Assembly (NCBI RefSeq): GCF_964355755.1
Contig: NC_092677.1
Span: 19,180,101 to 19,244,100 of the forward strand
Direction: 5' to 3'
DNA: 64,000 bases
DNA from: Antedon mediterranea
Lineage: Eukaryota; Animalia; Echinodermata
The translations under genes and the position numbers were made by a program. The notes beneath the pieces were generated by a model that saw only the letters and a program-made list of their open reading frames with translations, ran no database searches and had not been told where the DNA came from. Below, piece by piece: positions 14,195 to 28,700 of this stretch (position 1 is its first letter; the number at the start of each line of letters is the position of its first letter).

Positions 14195-15392
14195 TATAGA
14201 TATGACCAATATTGCGCCTTCCTCCGTGGTTGTGCCTTTTCCTTTTATATTAGTTTCAAGTTTTTTAAAGATTTATCTAGAAATTGTAGATTCGTAAAGT
14301 TTTCTATTGAGCCACAAAACTTCGGTGAGCTTTGTAATTATAATTATATTATCCTGTTCTAGAATGTGAATGTTATTGTTAATTAATTGATGTTGCTAAA
14401 GCACGGGTGCTGCCCAAATTTTCATTGATTGATGTTTAATTATCGTTTTCTCATTTAGAGAATCTCTCGATACGAAGTGGCACTGTATGCATGTTAAGAG
14501 CAAGATAATCAGGATTAAAGTTATATTTTGTTTCTCTCAACCAAGTTTGTCCTGTTTGTTTGTATCATACTTGCGATTGATTCCGTTGGTGGCCCTCTAT
14601 AGTTTTCAGAAATTACGAACTCTACAGTTATTTATAAGTTAGTTATTTGGTGTAACTTAACCGGAACATGAACAAGTAGGATTATAGAAACGAGATCCAG
14701 AGATTCTCTTTTTATTAACCCTACCTAGACATATATTTCAAGCAAGAATTTTATAAAAAAAAAAGAATAAAATATCTCATTATATCACAGGTGCTGTTTG
14801 TCCGGATCTGTGGCACGATTTAACGAAATCACGTTTGTAATCATATCTTCACAACCATGAATCACAATTAAATAAAATTTGGTACTCATAAATTTCAGGG
14901 CACACATCATCATATGGCAATACAATTACGTGCGTAGCGCATGTAACGCATGCGTACGCGCGCTTAAAATTTTCAAAATTTATTTTCGATGAAATAAGAG
15001 TACGTTTCAGGCAATTTTAAGCGTTTACAAAATTGCCATGAGTGCGCAGATGTTTGCGCGCGCACTGCGCGTTAAATGTTATTGCGCACTCTTTTTGCCC
15101 AATTTCTGTTTTCTTGACTTACTTTTCAACTCGAAATTACGTTATACGAGCACGTCAAAAGTGACAGGCTACGCACGTGTAAATTAAAAAAATATAAATG
15201 TTTTTAAACATTTCAACATTTTTAAACATGTTCAGTAATTTCGGTCAGTTGGTAGGTTGGTCGGTCGGTTGGTAAACACTAATGAGCACGCGACTGCAGC
15301 CATATATGGCCTTGTTTAAAGTGTATCCGTCAAAAATGGAACGCCGTGGTTACCTACAGATCATCTTCAGCATAGAGGATATGTTAATAATT

Positions 15393-15906
15393 AGGGAGGT
15401 TTCGCAACCTTACGAATACGATAACGAAAACGGATACGTCACACATTTGCGAAACTTTTGAGCTGATCCCCATTTCATATTCGTAAAGCGTATTCGTGTT
15501 GACGAATATCACCAGTCATATTCGTGACTACAAAACGAGTATAGTTTTTGATCTATTTTGCACATTTTGCATTTGAATCAGGAATGATTCATGATTATAA
15601 TATAATTATACTTTTATTGAAAGTAGTTTACTAAAGTAATTTACTAAAATGCCAGGTCAATTTTGATAAATAGCAGTTTTTAAAGTCCCCACTCGCTTTG
15701 ATGTTACGCTAGGCCTAGGCAGCCAAGCACCAAGCAACACGTACCTGCGCTTCGCTCAAATTTACCGCAGTCATATTTTGGACGGCGCCCTCAATATTTC
15801 GTTGCCATGCGAAACATGCAGATTTTTACTGGCTTACGAAAAACGAATACGTTTGCGTGACGTATCCGTTTTCGTTAAGGTATTCGTAAAATTGCGAAAA
15901 CTCCCT
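15393..15906. mobile_element. MITE with about 50-bp TIRs (Harbinger-like)
   Basis: AGGGAGGTTTCGCAAC..TACGAATAC..AACGAAAACGGATACGTCAC mirrored at about 15858-15906; TTA/TAA flanks. Confidence 0.75.
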
Positions 15907-15919
15907 AATAGTACACAAA

Positions 15920-16593
15920 AGCCCCTTTCTCACAGATGTGTCTGCAATATACCGGTATTATGCTGGCGTCGTGCCGGTATCGTTACCGATATATACCCAT
16001 TCTTATCGGACTATCGTGCCGGAAATATAACCGGCTTTCTGTGAGAAAGGAATAATATTTATGCAATACATGCTATGTACAGTATATTGTGCATATATTA
16101 TACAGGTACAGCAATTAATTAGCCGTCATCGGAAATATGTAAAACACCTTTAAAGGTTGTACAATTTACACGGCGACGAAGGGTCAGGCACCAGCAAAAG
16201 AGCTATGGCCTAGGCCTATAGATTATGCTACAAATTTCTTCTTGTCCCCTTATTTAAGCAGCTCTCTTATCTCATTATCCTCCCAGTTCGACATTATTAT
16301 TGTTAATTGAATTGAATCGGGGCCAAAGTGATATACTTTACCGCGCAAGGTGTCAAAGCCTCGACGGCGAATTAAATAATATAACCCCGGAATATAACGG
16401 CGTTACGTTCTCACAGAATGCCCGTCTGGCATAGCGGGGAATATCCCTAGAATATTACAAGGTCTAAATCAGGTCATGTCGATGCCGGCATGATGCCAAG
16501 ACGACCCGTTCTCACAGAAAACCATACCGGCATGGTAATGGTATATTCCCGCAATATTCATGGCACACAGCCGCTCTGTGTGAGAAAGGGGCT
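15920..16593 (-). mobile_element. PIF/Harbinger-derived non-autonomous element, copy 2 (inverted, internally deleted)
   Basis: Reverse complement of 13398-14194 with the same TIR. Confidence 0.8.
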
Positions 16594-18234
16594 TAACTGT
16601 GGTAACTGTGTGCTGTAGTATACATTATAGCAACCGATTTTTTTCTAGGCCACCCACCCAACTCTATCAATACCTATTATATATTTATTTTCTTCAAAAA
16701 ATTGATGTAAATAAATATTTAGCTATAACAAGCATTAAATTTTGCGTTTTTTCGGGGCTTCCCCTAGACGTACGGTACGTTCGCATTGAACTGAACGCAA
16801 CTAAACTAAATAAATGAAATCGGCAACAAAATGTTATATCGTCCTGTAATTAGTCACGTGATTGGAGGGAAAAAGTATGATCGTTTTGCTCATTGGTAGC
16901 ATGCTACATTATGAGAGGTTTTTCCTGCAAATTAGAGGTGCCATTTATCATGAATTTTATGTGTGAGAGTACCATTTCCAGGGCGTCATTTAACAAAGTT
17001 CGCTTCGCCACAGGTCATGTCGACGGCCCTGGACAAGCACCTTTTTCCGCCATCTGCAAACGCTCACATCTTGCGCGAAGCGCCCTGTTGTGACGCTTTC
17101 ACTCAAAATAGGCGGCCTATGGGGAAAATGTCACCCTTATATAGGCTAGTACTTCAGTTTTCATATTTAAAATATTGTTAATACATTAATAATAACGTGA
17201 GAGTGCCATTTCCGACCATCTAGAGGTGTTATATTTTCAAAATTGCCTCAACTCAGCCCCAACCATGGTGGGGCTCAGTTTGTTTGGACTCCCTACAGTT
17301 GCGCTCCCCCCCCCCCCCACCCCCTTCGCAAAATCCTGGATACGCCCCTGAAATGCTACAGATTATTTGAGAACCCTCTCAACTGGTTTGATTCTCTTGA
17401 AGTATGCAAGGACAACCTGGTACGTTTAGCGACTGTGAATACAGTAAAAAACACAAGTTCATAGTTGAGATGCAGCAGCAATAGTAGTAGTAGTGGTCCT
17501 TGTGAGCGATGGATTGGATTCAACGACATAGACGTTGAGGGTGTTGGCAGTGGGCATCCGGCGCCAAGAATGACGGTTTTAATAGTAAGATTTTTAGTTA
17601 ATGCATGTTGGAGCAATAGGCCTAAAACCCTTTTCACATTAACCAAAACATTACCAAAACTCCGGAGAAACTTCGTAGATGTTGAACTCCGGTGTCCGAG
17701 ACGAAATCCGGAGACACGATCAATGTGAAGGGTAAAGGTCAAAGGTCGCACAATGAATTGTTGTATTCAATTGAGTCGACTTTTACCGTTGAGTAGGCCT
17801 ATAGTTTTTCCGTTGATTACTTATTTAACCGAGTATTTTGAGCGTTGCGATTGTTCTTAACGAAAAAGCTTATGCGTTGTCAACGTTTTCTATTCGAATG
17901 ACTTTCTGTTGAGCACAAATTTACAATTCGAGTACAAAAAGTACTCAACGAAGTTACGTTGACAACGAAAGTTCCCAATCGAATACGACAAATGAATACA
18001 AAATGTACTTAACGAATGTTGACAACGAAAGTTCCAATACGAAAAATCATTGTTTTAGTAAAAACTACAGTGTAGGAGTTCAGTGATCCTGATGAGTGAG
18101 TGAACCATATACGAACCATGGAGATTGTGCCGCGCTGTTTCGAAGAGGATGATCAGATCGTAACTGTTTTGCTCAATTGAACGAGTATATTTGTGAAAAA
18201 GGTACAAACTACTTTACATGTAATTAAAATTAAT

Positions 18235-18514
18235 CAGGCCCGTAGCCAGGGGTTTTTTGGTTGGGGGTTCGGGCGAGCCCCCTTGAAAAACAAAGGCCCC
18301 ACAATCGTGCAATGAATTATCAATTATAGAATACTGTAGTGTACTATATAATTTAACTGCATAAAGGTAAAAAATGTCTCTGTAAGCTGATTAAAACAAC
18401 AGAAATTGCTCTGAGATCTAAAGCTTTCAGGGCCCCCTGGCCCCAGCCTCGCAAAATAATTGGTGTCAAGAAAACCCCCCTCTGATGCATTCTGGCTATA
18501 GACGGCCGGGCCTG
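18235..18514. mobile_element. Short hAT-like MITE
   Basis: CAGGCCCGTAGCCAG start and degenerate CTGGCTA...GGGCCTG end; same terminal motif as elements at 35205 and 46075. Confidence 0.6.
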
Positions 18515-19778
18515 TATTATATAATATCTGTCGACGAAAACAGATACAACAGACAACAGATACGGGGAGTTGTAATGAATTCCGATGATTTTATAATTTA
18601 TTTTGTTGCTCTTGTTACTCCAAATAAATTATTATTCTTCTGACCTCACTTTTGTTTTTGCTGCGCATGCGTCGCTTAAAAGCTATATCCATTGTAGAAT
18701 AGGATCAACCATTTATGGTGCCTTTGATCACGGATTAATGAATATTAATTAATCCATGCTTTGATGAAAATAATATTTTCAAATCTAATCATATTACGTC
18801 ATGAGCCATCGTGTCGATACAACGGTTGTTTGTTCTATTGTGATCATGACGTCATTTGTTTGGATTGAAACAATTTTCATTATTTTTATATATTTTTTTT
18901 ATTAGGGATCAGGACCCCTATGACCCACAAGCTGCGCCCTGCCGTAAAATGTATACGGGACTTATGATATTATAATATGGGCTTATAATTTTAGAACGTA
19001 GAGGCGGAAATGTGAGAAAGCCTACAAAGAGAATGTGACCCGTGAATGGCCTTAGCTACCATAATGTAAAAAAAGACCGACTACCTTCAGAGATTCGCTT
19101 TTTTAGGCTGAACTCAAAGTTTAAAAAAATGAGATTTGAAAAATGACGGTGATTTTGCTGTGCTGCAGATTAGGCTCATGATGGTGATACCATTTTCAAA
19201 AACTGGCATGTCCAGGTAATAATGGAACACACCATGAACACACTAAGGCAGCCTGCCGTGCATGTATAATAATTGCGGAGATATATTATATACGTTTACT
19301 TTCTTTGGCCCAAGCAGTATTAGTATATTTAAAATGCATCCATTAAGCATGCTAGCTATATCACTGTCGATTCACACAGTGGAGTTGCCTCAGCGTGTGG
19401 TAAGCGCTAGAAGCACGTATTAGAACGCACGACGGGATGCCTATTTGGTCCGGCCTTGGTCGATCCAGCTGTGAACACCTATACATCGAATAACTTTTAT
19501 TGACAAATGCTATTTTGTCATCTTCGTTAGTTATAATGAAAGACCCTCCTAGAGCGAGGAACCCTAGTGCGCCCACTATTTCCTTCCGTGGTTTGGCGAT
19601 TCAAAGCCAGCTCACGTCCACCCCTGGAGGCCTAGTAAATTAGCGAAAGCTTGTCCGTTATGCTTGCTTACACATTTCATTTAGCATTCAAGAGCTTAAC
19701 AACGCACATTGGATTTTGATTCAAAATCTTTCCTGCATTCGTCGAATTCTACAATCAGTAGCCGAAGATTCCATCAAT

Positions 19779-22700
19779 ATGTCTCGGCGAAAACAAGCCC
19801 GACCCAAGGCTCTTAAACGACTTTCACAAGGTGAGTTAGTGGTGGTAGTATAAGGGGTTGACGTTAGACCTATTTAAATAGCAGGCCTATATAATAATAT
19901 ATAATCGTTACAGCTACATTTTTACCGAAATAGGCCTATAAATAAGGTAATCAATTTTATGACTCAAAACACAGTGTCCCGCACTGTGGCCAAGTATCCA
20001 ACGACGTTATCTCTTCGTTCTACAGTATAGGATACTACTATTGCTACTACAGACGGTACTTAGCAATCATCCAATCTGCCTGTTTTTGTGTCAAAATGTA
20101 AGAAATATTTGGTGTAGGCTAAATTCAGGTTGAATTACACTGGTTTGTGCTCACTTGGCATGGCGTAGTGAACATTTGGATCTGTATAAAGTGAGCAACT
20201 TGGGGATTGAAAATGATCAGAATTTGCTACTTTATAGGCATACAATTCTTTTTTATTATGGTAAATTTATGTATATCATATTAAAAAATGTTAGACAGGG
20301 CCATGTTGTGCGTGTTTACAATTCGTAAAAGTTTTAAAAACTTATAAATAAAAAACATGTGTTGTGTTTGTGCTGGTACTAACATTGTTATCCAATATAT
20401 GGAGAAATGTAATGGAATTGAACGATCTTTCTATTTAAATACAATTTCAGATTACATTGAAAGTAGCAATGTATACCTAATTAAATTCCCCTCGCTGAGA
20501 GACGAGTATCTATATAGTTGAAAGTGTACACACAGCGTGCATGAGTGCAATGTTGCATTGAAATAAAAGTGGAAGTATGAATGTGCGAATGTGAAGCATC
20601 AAAATATCAAAACTTAGCATTAAAGTGATCATTTTACGAAATTGAAAAACGTTGAGTTGGTCTCGTGGGACAAAAACCCATGCGTCATTGTGGTTCGTGA
20701 TGAGGGCTTTCTTTCGGTTTTACACCAAATTACACTTGTAGGCTTTCCATTTTCAATATTATTGGTACCTTGGAGGGATGATGACATTTTCTTTCTTATA
20801 AATACTTCTTGAAATCCATCAGCAACAGACCAGACTTAGTCAAAATCTTCTCTGGGGTATAAAGTGAATGCTCATGGGTTTCTCAAAGGGAAAGTACGTT
20901 AGGTTTAGTTGAGTCGCTTCTTATGTAGCTTAGTGATATGACGCTCCCTCGTTGATTTGAACGAAATAATAAATTCGCATAAATTAAATGCCTAATTTTT
21001 ATGTTTCAAAGGACCATATCATGTGATTGTGATGGAAATTCTTTCCGTGGCATGTATCGGTGCATAATAATGTATACAATCTTTGTAGTTAGGAGCATTA
21101 ACACTTTTCTGTTTCTTGGCCTTTGATTAAATGCGTATTGTCTTATTTAACTTGACATCATTTGTATAAGAAATGTTCTAATACTTTTTGTCCCTTTGTC
21201 GCAAATATTTTTTCATATTTTCTAATTGCAATATTTTGTTTATTTCTATATATTGTCTATTACAGTAGTATTATAATAAGACATCCGGGTATAAAGCGTC
21301 TCACATACACAGAACCAAAATGGCATATTGGACTCGCACAGTGTATAACTGTTTTAAATGTAATTATCATTCCACGCTATCATCATAATTATCTAATTTT
21401 TAAACTTTTGCATTCCTCTTTTTTCATTTCTACTTTTAACACTGTAAATATCTTAGTAAAGAAAAAATGTGCATACAAATATTTAATTGTTACAGATACA
21501 TAAAAAGCAGAGAATTATAATAAAAGTGGGACGAACCCACACAAGACACAAACAATAAGGTGTGTCGGTCGTCTATGGATTTTAATATATACTGTATATA
21601 CTGATCGCATCTAGATCGATGGCATCTATTATTACAAACATACTGGTATACAATTGCCTGGTGTCGGGTTTGGGGTGGTGTAAGCTCTAGGCGGAGACGT
21701 TCTCAAAAAAGTGTTAAGATGAGAAAAAATAGTTAAAATATTGTACGTCTTATCTCAAGCTGTAAATCTAACGATCTCCGGGGTTGACTTGTTTTTTAAT
21801 TCTGCTTCCTGTTCGATTTCGATCCCTTTTCTCTCTTTGAAAAAATATATTTTCGCCAACAATAAAAAACAATTTAAAAAAACATGCTCGATGTTTTGAG
21901 ATAAGATACATAAATGAAATAATTAATATGTCTTTGTAAACGTTGATCGACAAGATTGTAGGCCCATATAACTTACACTACATATGCCTACTGTAAATGA
22001 ATCTACGTCTTATTCATTTTATTTAGTACTGTTGCTAACATACGCTTTTAACATCGCATAATAATATTACCTATCCTAATCTGCCTAAACCGAATATACA
22101 TATTATAAATCATATAATAGACGACGGCGAAGGCGATGAGAAGCGATAGCTATGTATTTCCCAAATCCCCCATTGAATCGGCAATCTTCAGACAAAAATT
22201 ATGTGAACTATGCCTCCTGAGACCCAGTGTTTTACGAAATGGTATTTGCGATGATTTAGATTTGGGCCTTACTTCTCCCATCGGCCGCGAGCAAAATCCT
22301 TGACAAAATCCCAGGATACCGATGTAATATTAAAAGCACTCATTCAAGCAGCCAATAACATTTGCTTGCGCGTACGACGTAAATCCCGGAGGATATACTG
22401 GTTCCCATAGGAGGTGGAACAGAGCTTTCTCAACAATCGCATGGTGATAGCGACGTCAATTTGGAGACAAGTGGGACACCAGGGAATTGAAATGGCTTTA
22501 ATTGGAAGCGCTGCCAAGCCCAAGAGAGTGCTGAACAAGCTAGTGTATACGAGCAAATCAAGCAAACAACCTGAAGTAAGGAAGGTCTTAGACACTAACT
22601 CTTTATAGATGTGTCTTTAAACGCGATATATTATTATAAAATGTTAGTGTATTCGAATATACACACACTCACACACACATTTAATTCGTATTACCTAAAA

Positions 22701-25700
22701 AAACCATACAATATTTCATAATATTTAAATTATTTAAATTATTAAAACATAATTATTTCACCAACATTAACAATAATACTAGTTGAACTCGTCACATAGC
22801 ATGAGTTAGTTATAGGTTATACGTAACCGCATCATACACGTACGTACGTAGAATATTCACGCATAATTCGATTATGCCATGCCATCATAATGTGATGTGT
22901 GTTTGTTTGTTGCGCTGGATTATGTATATTCTGTCTCATACAGTAGTATAGGCCTATACTAGGCCTACTTACTGTACTTATACTGTATCATAGATGAAAT
23001 TACAGGATCAACAACCACAAATAAACAAGATATATTTTTACAAAAACCGCCGCTCGACTTTTTGACGTAACAGTTTTAATTAAAATGTTCTTTCTTCATT
23101 AAATTATGCTTTTTTATACATTATTTATTTAATAATTTAAGAAATAATAATTTATTATCAATTATTTTAGTTTAATCAGTAGTACCGTAAACATTACATT
23201 TGTGTAACGTAAAATAGTCTGAAAACTCTATTTAATCATAAAACAACAGGGCTTATCGGCTATATACCTGTTTTGAGGATGTATATTATTATTGGATTCA
23301 GTTTTCCTTCTGTTGTAGCTTATCAGTGAATTAATTAAATCCGTAGGCCTACTGATGTACAGACCAAAAATAGGCCTAAACTAAACTATAATAGGCCTAC
23401 TGTTCATATTCGGGGATAGGGGCGTTACTCAAGGTCGTAGTGACCCACATACCCCAACATTCCAGTAAGCAACATTTATAATTTCCCAGAACCTTCGTCG
23501 TACAGCCACCGACAACGTAGGCCTACAGACTATCAAACAATTCTTCATCTATGCACACCCAGGGAAGCGTCCCTGTACACCATTCGCCAAAACATTTCGT
23601 CCTCTTGAATATAACTGCCTAAAGGCGCGAAAATAAATTACCTGAGCAAAAAAAAATTTTTGCTTTTTTAAATGTGATTCTATGTCGAAATAGATGAAAA
23701 TCCGACATTTTGAATTCAGCCGCCCATTTAATATGATGACGTCAGTCACAACATCCGATAGTCAAAATCCTTAAATCAATAGTTTCCCTATAAATAATAA
23801 TATAAACACGAGGGTCCTTTCATTCTTTAAAAGTTATTCAAATTTGTAGGCATGATGAATTTGAGAAATCTGGCACGGCTTAGCGAGATGCGCTCTATTA
23901 AATCATAGTCAATATAACGAAGTATAAATTTATAACACTCATCACAGCTTCCATAATACGTTTTAAAAATGGTCGGTCACCTTTCATTCTGAGTAAGGTG
24001 ATTTAATACATTTCAAGTGCAACACTTTATCTTTTTATACGTTGCATAAAGTGAATTAAAATGCTCGAAATGTCCTGAAACATTCGTTAGGAAATTATTT
24101 GGTGAACGCCATTTTTATGACACAGCAGGAAGATAACACTTCATATTTAGTATACTTTTGTCAAGTTTCTTTGTCTATTATTAGTTATAAATTTATGATA
24201 ATTGCGTTACTTTTAGTGTAATAGCGCCCTCTGTTCATAGCGGAAAAACGAACACTTGCAAATAATATAAACAAGAGTTGTGTTGTTTTTATCGTACTAG
24301 CATACATCTATTTTTAAAATTCTTCTCTCTATTATGACATAGACCTACGTGTATTCACCACCAATTCATGTGCATACACAAATATTGCATCGTAAACATG
24401 AACAGGGACCACATTTGAATTTTATTTGTTTTATTATAATTATAAACCACTCGTGTATTACACCGTGATCCCTTGACTTAATAGGCCTATCCCGCCATTT
24501 TGTAAATGAATATTTGTTAATGTTGAAGATGTATATATATATATATTTTTATTTATTTATATTGATGATAATTTATGTGTATTGAAAAAATGTGCACAGT
24601 TAATACCGGGGGTAGTAGCCTATGACCGATAATTGTGGTTTGATGACTGCACACTTTTGTTTTTATTTTCTTTTTTGTATATGGCCAATTGTTTTTATTA
24701 TTCTTCATTTGCATACTTCCTTGTTATGATTCTCTGCCTGTGGAATTATTTATAGATCCAATAAAGATCGAAACGGTTTAATTTGATTTTCCTCTCATTA
24801 TTTGATTTCATATTATGTTATTTAAACAAAATCAGTGCATGTAGGCCTATGGTTATCAGCCCAAATTGACTTAAAAACCATATACTGCTTTTTCCTAAAA
24901 CTTGTCAGAAATTACCACAGTATATAAATTTTGTAATGCAAATTTAATCATATGCATGTGTTTTACAAATTAAATGGAGTATAATACAAGTAAAAATAGT
25001 ATGATGTAATTTTGTTTACTACGGTAGATATGTGGGAGGATGGAAAAACAAATGCTCAGATTTGTGAAGAAACCAATTCTATGTTTACTACTCAAGACAA
25101 TGACAAAAGTTGTGAAGGTAATGATTCAAGCACATCTTGGTCTATAGCTATATTAGCAATATTCATTTACAAACAATTAGGAAACCGTATCACATGGAAG
25201 CTTATAGTTTACTAAGGCTGAAAAATGGGAATTTATAAACTCGGAATGGCCATACGCAAACCGTAAAGCACGTCTAGGAGAAGAGAGGCATGAGAGTCTG
25301 TAAGACCTGTTCAATAAACGATGTTTTCGTGTTTGTCTTCAACGTACAGTAGGCCGTGGATTAATAGCATTCATTTGAATTTATCATTGAATAATGATCA
25401 AAACAATCCTTCCCCTATGGTAAAGATATTTGGCGAATGGTGTGTATGAAGATTGTTTGACTAGTGTGTACGTTTGTCGGCGGTTGGGATATTAGAAATT
25501 TTGTTTACTGATATGCCTCCCCGGAATAACAGTATTAGTTTAGTTTATGATTGTTTTTGTTCTGTACAGGCCAAGAACTTTGTTCATTTCAGATTAGGCC
25601 TATATTTACGTTACACAATTCAAAATGTTTACTGCTGATTGTTAAACAAAAATAATTGGTAATAAATCATTATTTCTTAAATTAATAATATAATATCAAT

Positions 25701-28700
25701 AAAAAAACATCATTTAATGAAGAAAGAACAATAACTAAAACTGTTACTAATGCTCTAATAATTATTATCGGGTATTAAATACATAAATGTACAGTTACTG
25801 TATAGAACAAAAATATAATCCTGTAACTAAAGTAGATTAGTAGCCTATGACCGTTAATTGTGGTTTGAGAGAATCGAATCGTTGGCTTTGATTTTCTTTT
25901 TGGCCCAGGATTGACCACTATTCAATGATTATAATATGACGGTATTTATATCCGACCTACGTTTACAACCAAAACGAAATAATTGTTTTTTTTTTAATAT
26001 AGGTCTTACACACTACTGTCTACACACATCATTCTCATACTCTGAGCGCTTACTTGCAGTTTACAAATAACCATTTTCAACCTTATATTAGTAATCTAGT
26101 ATTATATTATTCAACTATAAGCTCTCGCATGGTAACTGTTTCCTAATGCTTCCGTTCTCTTTACTTAACTTTATAAAGGCGCGGTTCGAAAAAGGGTACG
26201 AAGGAATACTTTAGAAAAATGATGGGAAAAGCCTCGAAATAAGTGTTTATAACCGATTTTGAACGTCTCTCGTATTCGTTTTTCACTCGGGGGCCGTGCT
26301 CTTGCGAAGTTTCGTGTTGTCTTTTTGAACGAGAAACGTAAAATGATACTTCAGCCTTCCCGGGAATTAGAAAGATGACATCAGAGGCTGACGGTTGAAT
26401 AACTAAATTATCACAACGACGGCCGTGTATGCTAGTCGTGAGATAAATCTTAATTTCCTTACATTGGACAGTTTTTCTAATTGGACACAGTTAAGAACCA
26501 CTCTTGCTAGTCTGGACACAATTTTCACATATTGGACAAATCCGAACATTGGACAGTTGCGCACTTTTGAACACGATATGACGCCACCTATTGTCGTTAT
26601 TCCAGCCTCATTTTAGAAAAATGTTGTATATTTTGGACAAGACTCACTACACTCAATACTATCCACACTCAATACTATATTGCAGATTACATGCGAGCGA
26701 GCAGAAACCAATTATATTAGCCTATAGTCGGTTCATGACGAACACAAAATGTAATCGATTAACGTAGGGTATCGTTTTTTAATAGAATGAACATTTAGTT
26801 CGAATTTATTTTGTTGTTCATTTAAATTTGAATTGCGAGACACGAAAAGAGAACCACCAAGATATCTTACCGACAATCCCGAACGACGAGGCATGTCATA
26901 GTAGTAGTATAATACGTACGACCAATAGTTGAATAGAACGCATGGTCTTCCTAGGACTAGATTTGATCAGGCGCCATATAAATGGTTTGTGTATGTATGT
27001 ACGTTTACAATCGGTTATTATATGTTCAATTTTAAATTTTCAATTTAGGAATACTTCAGTTAAATATGAAGCAGAACGTAAAACAAGCTTTATCAGATGA
27101 CGAGATGGAAGTTGAAAATGTGTTCTTAGAGGAGGAGGACGAGCAAGAAATGTATAATTGCGGTACATGTGGTAGTATCTTTGCTGGTATTTCAAGATTC
27201 ATGGATCATCATAACACAATTTGTTCAGCATCAATAAATGCATGTATGTAATAACCAGTTTTAATGTTTCTGTATACAATTTGTATGATTTAAATATAAC
27301 CAATAAGTTAAACTAGAAAGCACTCCGAGAGGAATCAATGCAGATTGATAGTTGACAAACCTTTGTGTAGTATAAATTATTTAATATTGACGTTTTCTTT
27401 TCATTGAAAACTATTATTTTTTTTGACATTTGACTAAAAATACGAAGTTTTTCATTGAGCTTGATTTTGATTCTTGACCACCTTTTTAATATTATTTATT
27501 TGCAGATCAGCACGTAGATAGTGATGACTCGCCAATAAACACAGAAGGGGGTGCTTACCAATGTCAGTTTTGTTACAAAACCTTCTGTCGACTAAGTTAC
27601 TTAAAACGCCATGAACAGATACATAGTGACAAAATGCCATTCCGATGCGAATATTGTAGCCGATTGTTTAAGCATAAAAGGAGTAGGGACAGGCATACTA
27701 AATTACATACGGGTGACAAGAGATATCAATGTTCACAGTGTAACACTTGTTTTGCCCGCAGTGACCATCTGAAAATTCATATTAGAACTCATGAAACTAC
27801 AAAAAATTTTCAATGTACAGTATGCAATTATATGTTTGATACATTAGCTTTACTAACTTCACACTATCAAATATGCCATAACCTTGCCCCATCTGTTGAT
27901 GATGCAAAGGACACTGCGACTGAAAGTAGACAACAAAATACATGTGAAAACGATTTGTCTAACCAGGGTTATTCATTGAAAGATTTGAAAGGAAAATGTA
28001 TTAATGATGAGCAAAGATCAGCAAGCGTACCGAAAGATGGTATTAGTTTAGAAGGACGACTTGAGTTCAAGTGCCCTATATGTCCTCAAATGATTTTTGA
28101 GAACGAACAAGCATTACTAAAACATCAAAAAAGTGACCACCAGTCTGGTTACATGCATGTCTATTCATGTTTACACTGTGGCAATGAATATCACAGTTTG
28201 TACAATTTAAGAGAGCACTTGTCTTCAATGCATCCTGATGGTAGCACGACGATAGCTACAGATGTAGGGAATCTGTCACACAATACGTGCATCTTCTGTC
28301 GAATTACATTTGTAAGCAGTGACGCTTTGCAAGCTCACATGAGCAGTAATCATCCCTCACAGGAAAGTGTATTGCAATGGAATGCCAGTGGCCGGTTTAT
28401 GTGCCCTCATTGTCGAATAGAATTTTCTTCTGATCATGCACTTAAAGAACATTCATCAATCACGCATGGTATTGATAGATCTGATATATCCGAACAAAAA
28501 ACTATTGTCTGTCCTCATTGCACAAAAGCCTACCAAAACGAAGAGGTTTTACGCACACACATTAATCACACACATAGAGATCATCACTTAAATATAATGC
28601 GCTATCCATGCCCTTACTGTATAAAGCAAAATTTATTTGATTCCATAGAACAACTTCAGCTGCACATAGAAGTGTACCACAAGAGTAGCCGGATACCTAT

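Larger units (their letters stand above)
12720..18201 (+). pseudogene. Disrupted tandem duplicate of the C-type lectin gene
   Basis: Exon 1 homologue near 12720-12797; exon 2 start gtgctgtttgtccggatctgtggca at 14791 is interrupted and resumes at 17351 (aaatgctacagattatttgagaac) with frameshifts; exon 3 remnant near 18075-18201 ends ICEK/gt. Confidence 0.85.

Noticed and set aside
18085-18125. Hammerhead ribozyme core (CTGATGAG)
   Set aside because: No stem II plus GAAA; it lies within the degraded lectin exon 3.
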